Under the pieces are notes generated by a model. That model saw nothing but the letters and a program-made list of their open reading frames with translations. It did not search any database and was not told the DNA's origin. Positions 25,891 to 32,000 of a stretch of 32,000 bases of DNA are shown here, piece after piece. The stretch comes from Candidatus Hermodarchaeota archaeon (GTDB lineage Archaea; Asgardarchaeota; Heimdallarchaeia; Hodarchaeales; Hodarchaeaceae), in the NCBI GenBank assembly GCA_048886185.1, contig JBHLKY010000006.1:201245-233244 (forward strand), written 5' to 3'. Position 1 is the stretch's first letter, and the number at the start of each line of letters is the position of its first letter. Position numbers and translations under genes: made by a program.

Positions 25891-26865
25891 TTAATTTTCC
25901 CCTTTCTCTTTTATTTTCACCTCTATCTGTCTATTTACTTCTTTATTGTATTCAATATATTTTTGATAATACCTTAAGTCCTCATAATATTCAATGTCTG
26001 TTTTCTTTCCCTCTTGGTGTTCCTTGGTGTCCCTAATAAAATGACTGAATGATTCTGTGTTGTTTTCTTCCAAAAAATTTATTTTTTCATATTCCTTAAA
26101 CAATTCCTCCCTTAATACCATTATCTTTGGATTTCCTGTTGGTGCTCTCTTTCTTCTCCCCTGTTCCAACAATTCATTTTTTATTATGGGGGTACGAAAG
26201 AGCTTGAGAATATTTATGGTTGAGTCATATATTCGGATCACCTCTGTCTTTTGGGTTTCTTCATCATTATAAGAAAGATAATATTCTCCTTTTATGTCAA
26301 TCATTACCCCTTTTATCTTTCTGATCCTCACAGTCTTCATAATCAGTTCTTCCTCATCCTGATCGTCATCTGTGATTACTTCCATGGTTTCTGGTAGGAG
26401 ATTATGCTCAAGTACTTTGTTTACAGCTATAAATAGCCCATACACCTGACTTCTGTTTGGATCGTCTGTCTTGGTTATCTTTTTGGGGAATTTATACTGT
26501 GGGGCTAGTGTTCGTGTTGCGCGATTTTCCTCATATTCTCTTATTTGCTTGTTATCATAGAGCCATATCGTGAATATTTCTATTACCTCTTTTAGCGGGC
26601 TTTCAAAGGAATTTTTCATCTCCTCCGCTTCTGTAAAGCTACTGATTAATTCATACTGCGTGAACCTTCCCCCCACTGGTTGGGATATCCCTAGAATTTC
26701 AATATTTGGACCCATATTAAGCGTTTCTAATGCGTTTCCGTACCAAGCCCAGTCCAGAATCACCAGTTCTTTGGTCTTGGGGTTGACAAGGAAATAATTG
26801 TTAAGGATTTGCAGTGTTTCTTCGTTCAGATATTCTTTAATCAATTCTCCTGCATTGGGATACAT
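25891..26865 (-). CDS. Hypothetical protein (no family recognised)
   Basis: 324-aa ORF, E/K/I/Y-rich, isolated by ~330-bp intergenic regions on both sides. Confidence 0.7.
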   Translation of the reverse strand: MYPNAGELIKEYLNEETLQILNNYFLVNPKTKELVILDWAWYGNALETLNMGPNIEILGISQPVGGRFTQYELISSFTEAEEMKNSFESPLKEVIEIFTIWLYDNKQIREYEENRATRTLAPQYKFPKKITKTDDPNRSQVYGLFIAVNKVLEHNLLPETMEVITDDDQDEEELIMKTVRIRKIKGVMIDIKGEYYLSYNDEETQKTEVIRIYDSTINILKLFRTPIIKNELLEQGRRKRAPTGNPKIMVLREELFKEYEKINFLEENNTESFSHFIRDTKEHQEGKKTDIEYYEDLRYYQKYIEYNKEVNRQIEVKIKEKGEN

Positions 26866-26953
26866 GATATATCACACAACATCTCTCAATTGTCAATCAT
26901 GATTACATCACTTAATTCCTGATTCATGGTTTTAAAAAGGTAATTACTAGTCA

Positions 26954-26967
26954 TTAGTTTAAACTAA
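26954..26967. promoter_or_regulatory. 14-bp perfect palindrome TTAGTTTAAACTAA in a divergent promoter region
   Basis: Directly visible. AT-rich, so it may be chance. Confidence 0.25.
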
Positions 26968-27190
26968 GAAAATGAGTTAGGATTGTAGTACAAAGGCGCT
27001 TTAGTGTTAATTGCGATGAAAGCTAGACAATATGTCTATAAGAATATCTTAAATAACCGTAAAATAACTAAATTCATCCTAATGAAAGGTTATTCTTATA
27101 AGGCACTCATTAAACCCATTCTTTTTGAGTAAACTCTGACCACTATTTTACTCCTCTCAAGTATAGGAAAATAATGTGGGGAAATAAGTT

Positions 27191-27817
27191 ATGGTACTAG
27201 ACAGATACATACGATTGACAATTCTTGGCAATACAGGTGTGGGTAAGACTAGTCTGATCAAACGTTTGAAAGGAGAAGACCCAACATCAACTGAGAAAAC
27301 CATGGATATTACTGTTGAAAAAAAGAAGATTACTCTTTTATCAAGTAGCAAACATTCAAGGCTATCTTTAGAGCGCTACAGAAAATATAATGTCATAGCA
27401 GTTGATAATCCTGGTGACTTCAAGTTACGTCGAATGTGGCGCGAGGCGATGAGAAAATATAAGACAGATGGCATCCTTTTCATGTTGGATCCTTCTCAAA
27501 GCGTTGAAAGTCAACGAGTTGCCATGGAAGATTCCTTTAATTATTTCTTAGATAGTTTAAGCCTTGATCCTGATAAAGCTGATAAGAAGGCAAAAAAGAA
27601 GAAAACTTTATTCTTTTTTGTCGTGAATAAGATGGATACTATCAACAATGATAAGGAGAAAGCACGACTTTTTCTTGAAAATTTTAATATGGTTATTCAG
27701 GATTACAAAATGACTTTTCCTTTTGCCCAATTTCAAAAAGCACTCATCAGTGTCCATAAATCTCCCTATGAGGAGATTGATGCAATTTTTGAGAAGTGTA
27801 AACAATCATTATATTGA
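27191..27817 (+). CDS. Divergent small GTPase, Arf/Sar-like
   Basis: G1 GNTGVGKT, G2 KT, G3 DNPGD, RRMWREAMRK (Arf-like R..W), G4 NKMD, G5-like SVH. Confidence 0.85.
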   Translation: MVLDRYIRLTILGNTGVGKTSLIKRLKGEDPTSTEKTMDITVEKKKITLLSSSKHSRLSLERYRKYNVIAVDNPGDFKLRRMWREAMRKYKTDGILFMLDPSQSVESQRVAMEDSFNYFLDSLSLDPDKADKKAKKKKTLFFFVVNKMDTINNDKEKARLFLENFNMVIQDYKMTFPFAQFQKALISVHKSPYEEIDAIFEKCKQSLY

Positions 27818-27836
27818 TTTCTGGATTATGTTGTGA

Positions 27837-28655
27837 ATGGCGGACATTCATCAAGTTATAGTTCGTAACACTCCTGAAACAGGACTTGATGTTGTTGCCA
27901 CAACTTTATACAAGAGTCAAACTCAGAATATTTCTCTTTTTCTTCCTGAAGAGGAGCCTTCTACATTTAATACAGTTTTTTTGACAAAATTTCAGGATTT
28001 TTTTGAAAATATAATCTTTCTTTTCACTTTTGACGATGGAACTGACCACTTTGGGCGGCAATCAATAAAAACACACACTTTAATTGTCAAAAAAACCTTT
28101 TATAACGAGAAAACACCTCAGTATTTCATTTCACCATTGATAAACGGATCAATGAACAGAGATGATAATCGACTTCTAAAGTTGAATGATTTTGAGATGC
28201 TGGATTCACCTCCGATATCTTCAAAGTTCATTGAGCTAATTCTGTGCAAGAAACATATGCAATTAACTAGTCGCCAAGGAATGAATTCTCTTGATCTTAT
28301 TCAGATATTTGGAACTGTCGATCGCATCATACCCCCTCCACTTAATCAATCCTTTTCTTTCCAAACAATGGTCTCTCCAAGGCGGAAAAAAGTGCTTAAA
28401 CCATATGATTTGGTCTTTTCCTCAGAAAAATTGCCTCATTCACAACTAATTGAGCAAATCCAACAAGAAAAATCTGAATTTCAGACAATTCAAGCAATTG
28501 CAGACTCTATTTCAGACTTATCCATGCTCAGGAAGCTGCAACAACAATTATTCCTAAGAATTCCAGAAAAATGGTTAAGTGTTCGAATTCAATGGCGTTT
28601 TGGAATTAAAAAGTTTGCATATGTTCGTGAAAATTTAGTAAATTATTTCTCTTAA
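27837..28655 (+). CDS. DENN-like / GTPase-associated (GAP1-type) protein
   Basis: FTFDDGTDHFGRQSIKTHTLIV (uDENN/longin hairpin or GAP1-N2-like) and FIELILCKKHMQLTS...IIPPPLNQSFSFQT (cDENN-like). Lies 19 bp after the GTPase. By-eye call. Confidence 0.55.
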   Translation: MADIHQVIVRNTPETGLDVVATTLYKSQTQNISLFLPEEEPSTFNTVFLTKFQDFFENIIFLFTFDDGTDHFGRQSIKTHTLIVKKTFYNEKTPQYFISPLINGSMNRDDNRLLKLNDFEMLDSPPISSKFIELILCKKHMQLTSRQGMNSLDLIQIFGTVDRIIPPPLNQSFSFQTMVSPRRKKVLKPYDLVFSSEKLPHSQLIEQIQQEKSEFQTIQAIADSISDLSMLRKLQQQLFLRIPEKWLSVRIQWRFGIKKFAYVRENLVNYFS

Positions 28656-28880
28656 TTAAGTCCTAACCTCTTTATTTTCAAGAAGTTTTTTAATACACTC
28701 AATTACCTCAGGATCAGTTTCCCCTAAAATTGCTCTTTTTAAATGCTCTTTACAGGATGAAAAATTATACTTAGCCAGATATTGAGCAGCAAACATCCGT
28801 TCATATTTATCAGGATCCATCCGTAATTTTTGTATCATCAAATAAACATTTCTTTGGTTTATCTCTGGCAATTCACTCAT
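28656..28880 (-). CDS. Small HEAT-repeat (PBS-lyase-like) protein
   Basis: LRMDPDKYERMFAAQYLAKY....CKEHLKRAILGETDPEV; its stop abuts the stop of the convergent gene. Confidence 0.7.
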   Translation of the reverse strand: MSELPEINQRNVYLMIQKLRMDPDKYERMFAAQYLAKYNFSSCKEHLKRAILGETDPEVIECIKKLLENKEVRT

Positions 28881-29014
28881 TTGGATTAATTCTAATCTAG
28901 ATATTATAAGTTCTTGTTGGTTGGGGAACTAAAAACGGAATTTCTTTGTAGGGGGAAACAGATTTATTGTACAATAGATCTTCTAAAAAAAGAAGAAAAA
29001 ACAAGGTTTAAAAC

Positions 29015-29725
29015 GTGAACTCCCAATTAAGCTCCTCCGTGATTCGTGAAAGCATTGATTCTATTTTAACAAAACTGATGCAGGCATCTAATAAACTAGA
29101 AGACCCTTTAGTGACGAGAATTTCCAAAACTCATAAAGATCCTTTTCGAATATTGATAGCTACTATTTTAAGTTTAAGAACCAAGGATGAAATGACTTTC
29201 AAGGCCAGTGAGCGACTATTTTCTCGAGCAGACACACCTGAGGGAATTCTCTCAATTCCTCTTACTGAACTTGAAGAGCTCATTTTTTCTGTCGGATTTT
29301 TCAGACAAAAAGCAAAAACTATTCACGAAATTAGTAAAAGACTTATTGAGGAATATGACGGTAAAGTCCCTAACTCTTTAAATGAATTGATAAGTTTTAA
29401 GGGAATTGGGCGTAAGACTGCAAATTTAGTCATTACCAAGGGATTTGATAAACCAGGAATATGTGTTGATGTTCATGTAGCTCGAATTACACAAAGAATT
29501 GGGATTGTCCCAATCAAAGGGGAAAAAGACAATAAACCGATTTTTCATGATGCAGATAGGGTTGAAATGATCTTAAGAGATATTCTCCCTAAAAAATGGT
29601 GGATTCCCATCAATGACATCTTAGTGAGATGGGGACAGAATATTTGTACACCTATCAGTCCTAAATGTAGCCAGTGTGTCGTCAATGAATCATGTTTGAA
29701 GATTGGTGTAAAGAAACATCGTTGA
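29015..29725 (+). CDS. nth: Endonuclease III (HhH-GPD, 4Fe-4S)
   Basis: DPFRILIATILSLRTKDE, KGIGRKTAN, VDVHV.RI..R.G, GQNICTPISPKCSQC...C. Confidence 0.96.
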   Translation: MNSQLSSSVIRESIDSILTKLMQASNKLEDPLVTRISKTHKDPFRILIATILSLRTKDEMTFKASERLFSRADTPEGILSIPLTELEELIFSVGFFRQKAKTIHEISKRLIEEYDGKVPNSLNELISFKGIGRKTANLVITKGFDKPGICVDVHVARITQRIGIVPIKGEKDNKPIFHDADRVEMILRDILPKKWWIPINDILVRWGQNICTPISPKCSQCVVNESCLKIGVKKHR

Positions 29726-29761
29726 ATTAGTGAATAGGTAATTGAAAGTCGTTTTTGAGGA

Positions 29762-30940
29762 TTAATAATGAACTTTTGATTGTCTAATAGTTATATAAGA
29801 ACCTGACACATATTTCTCTGTATCTTGCCCTCCTCGGAATGTATTTGTGTCAAATCCCTTACTTTTTGCAATCGAATAAGTCAAAAATTCCACTGGAATG
29901 GCAAAGATCAAAGGAGATAACACCTCTGTTTTGGTGGTTTCGAGTGGAACATAATGAAAGACAGTTTCACCTTCTTTATAGATCTCTGAATTCACTAAAA
30001 CAATAGTCTTCGCCTTTATTACATCTCGAATTACTGGTTCAATCTCCCTTATGCGATTATAAGTGGGAAAATTAGAAGCTATGAATATGACAAGACTATT
30101 ATTAGTAGTTATGAAGTAGTTAGTATGACAATACTCCTCTATATCACATGCAAACCCGTTTAGTGAGAACTCAAAAGTTTTATAAGCTCCAAAAAGTCCA
30201 GTTGTACTATTGGGCCCTGAAGAAACAAAAATAATTTTGTCAGAGTTTTTACCGAGGTTTGTACCAAGTTTGATGAATATTTTTCGTTGATTTATTGCCT
30301 TATTTACTAATTGAAATGCTTCCTGAACTAAAGTAAGAGCAGCCTCGTCTTGTGAGGATAAATATGCCATCAACATGCTTTGAGTTGCTAAATTTCCCAT
30401 ATAGGTTTTAGTTTGAGCGACATCGTGATGGTATCCTGTATATTCTTTTGCTCCATTAGCACGATATGATGAAGTTTCTAGTGTATCTGGAGGAGAAGCA
30501 TGGATGAATAAAGTATGGTCAGCTTCAGTAGCAACTTTTCCCTGAGGATTATCAGTGATCCCTAATGTTTGAGCTCCATATTTATGGGCAAAACGAAGAA
30601 CTTCAACCACTCTTGGTGTGTTTCCAGATACAGAAAGGCCGATAACAACGCTTTTTGGCAGATCTTGAGGATTAAAATAATTAACAAATTCAAAAGGAGC
30701 ATAATGTCGAATATCAAGATCAGGTCTCCACCTTTGACCAAGGTACGCCCCAAACCATGCAGCACAATAACTATCACCTGACCCAGTTAAAATAATTCTT
30801 TCAACATCATTATTAAACAGTTTTTTTACAATGTTTTTGAGATTAATGTCATTATAGATCGAATCAAGGATTTTAGGTTGTTCTAACATCTCTGAAAGCA
30901 TGTAATCAGGATTTACACTAGTTTCTGACACGAATTCCAT
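29762..30940 (-). CDS. Double SIS-domain sugar-phosphate isomerase/deaminase (GlmS C-terminal/AgaS/FrlB-like)
   Basis: MLSEMLEQP, LTGSGDSY, GLSVSGNT, GITDNPQG, SSGPN. No glutaminase domain. Confidence 0.85.
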   Translation of the reverse strand: MEFVSETSVNPDYMLSEMLEQPKILDSIYNDINLKNIVKKLFNNDVERIILTGSGDSYCAAWFGAYLGQRWRPDLDIRHYAPFEFVNYFNPQDLPKSVVIGLSVSGNTPRVVEVLRFAHKYGAQTLGITDNPQGKVATEADHTLFIHASPPDTLETSSYRANGAKEYTGYHHDVAQTKTYMGNLATQSMLMAYLSSQDEAALTLVQEAFQLVNKAINQRKIFIKLGTNLGKNSDKIIFVSSGPNSTTGLFGAYKTFEFSLNGFACDIEEYCHTNYFITTNNSLVIFIASNFPTYNRIREIEPVIRDVIKAKTIVLVNSEIYKEGETVFHYVPLETTKTEVLSPLIFAIPVEFLTYSIAKSKGFDTNTFRGGQDTEKYVSGSYITIRQSKVHY

Positions 30941-31261
30941 CTTCTAATAGGAGAATTTACGTAGAGAAGGGTAATATTTATGAATTCAAGATGAAAAAAG
31001 AAGTTTGTTCTTAAGCTGTAATTTTGAGATCAAGAAGTTTTTCTTGAATAAAACAGAGCATATTATTTCTTAGGAAAAAAAACTTATCAAACAAAAGGAG
31101 ATTTAGAGGATTGCTGATAGTATGTCATAAAATTAGTGTTAAATCTGACTTCTACCGTAATGACGACGTAGAATCAAATCTTGAAGACAATTTATAAGAA
31201 AAGATTGTGCTAAATCATCTAACCAGTGACTAGAACAATTATATAAGAAAGCATTAATGTC

Positions 31262-32000
31262 TCAACTAGTCCATTTATAATGGACACCAGTAATCTCTTC
31301 CGAAATTTCCCATAATTTTGAAGCAAGAGCTTCATCATAAGATCGCTTACTAGATCGTACCATTTTAGGGTGTCCCCTTAATTGCATCCAACCATTAGGC
31401 CCAAAGTAATCTCCACCTTGCACATCGGGAGAAGTTGCTGCATACAAGGATGGTAAAGCACCCATCTCTGGTTTCTGCCCAATCAAGGGATTTAGGATCC
31501 GAATCATTCTCCAATGAACTGGAAGATTAGTTTGTTTTGTCCATCCAGGATGAGCTGCAACTGCAATAGCTTCTAATCCATATTTTTTGAACTTTCTATC
31601 TAATTCATAAGTAAATAAGAGATTAGCTAGTTTACTTTGTCCATAAGCATTCCCACTATTATACTTCTTATCTCCATTGAGATCATTAAAATTGATCTTA
31701 CCAAATCTTTCACCCCTACTACTAACTGTGACAACACGAGATTTAGGTGTTTTAATCAAACGCTCCAGTAACAATCCAGTAAGCGCGAAATGTCCCAAGT
31801 GATTTGTTGCGAAATGAAGTTCAAAACCATCTACAGTTTTACCGTAAGGCACTCTCATGATTCCTGCGTTATTGATTAAGATGTCTAATCTGATAAACTG
31901 ATCTAGAAATGTATCTACAAACTCTCTTACTGAATTTAGACTAGCTAAGTTTAGTTGAATTAGTCTAGTGTTCTTTTCAGATCCAATTCTCTGAACAGCT
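31262..32000 (-). CDS. Short-chain dehydrogenase/reductase (retinol dehydrogenase/WWOX-like); 5' end outside the window
   Basis: The frame stays open upstream of the track start to the window edge (...LNLASLNSVREF...LDILINNAGIM). Also DGFELHFATNHLGHFALT, VVTVSS, YGQSKLAN, AHPG. Confidence 0.92.
   Translation of the reverse strand, partial: AVQRIGSEKNTRLIQLNLASLNSVREFVDTFLDQFIRLDILINNAGIMRVPYGKTVDGFELHFATNHLGHFALTGLLLERLIKTPKSRVVTVSSRGERFGKINFNDLNGDKKYNSGNAYGQSKLANLLFTYELDRKFKKYGLEAIAVAAHPGWTKQTNLPVHWRMIRILNPLIGQKPEMGALPSLYAATSPDVQGGDYFGPNGWMQLRGHPKMVRSSKRSYDEALASKLWEISEEITGVHYKWTS

Noticed and set aside
28649-28660. Palindrome CTTAATTAAG at the DENN-like/HEAT gene junction
   Set aside because: It is largely explained by two abutting TAA stop codons.
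1931-30781. Other short alternative-frame ORFs in the track (e.g. 1931..2179, 3951..4160, 12257..12532, 18516..18803, 20690..21058)
   Set aside because: They overlap well-supported genes in other frames or strands and show no motifs.

Overview
AT-rich (about one-third GC by eye) archaeal window, almost certainly from an Asgard archaeon, probably Heimdallarchaeia (inferred from gene content; no search was run). Housekeeping genes: aTrm56, TsaC, Dph6, nadA/nadC, AglH/Alg7, Elp3, a 2-oxoacid:ferredoxin oxidoreductase gamma-delta-alpha-beta operon, Nth, a SIS protein, an SDR and an intron-containing tRNA-Ala(GGC). These are interleaved with many eukaryote-signature-like genes: two Rab-like GTPases, an MglA-like and an Arf-like GTPase, a gelsolin-domain (1DGelX-type) protein with a tandem-repeat linker, two longin/DENN-like proteins, and a zinc-ribbon/CdvA-like coiled-coil protein. 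The most striking observation is an unannotated 273-aa helical protein (3664..4485, -) that aligns by eye, collinearly over its whole length, with eukaryotic Get4/TRC35 of the tail-anchored protein targeting pathway. Next are an Arf-like GTPase plus DENN-like gene pair (27191..28655) and a gelsolin-Rab-MglA(-TsaC)-longin/DENN co-directional cluster (5093..10108). All homology calls come from motif recognition and sequences recalled from memory, not from database searches. No mobile element, rRNA or CRISPR array was seen.
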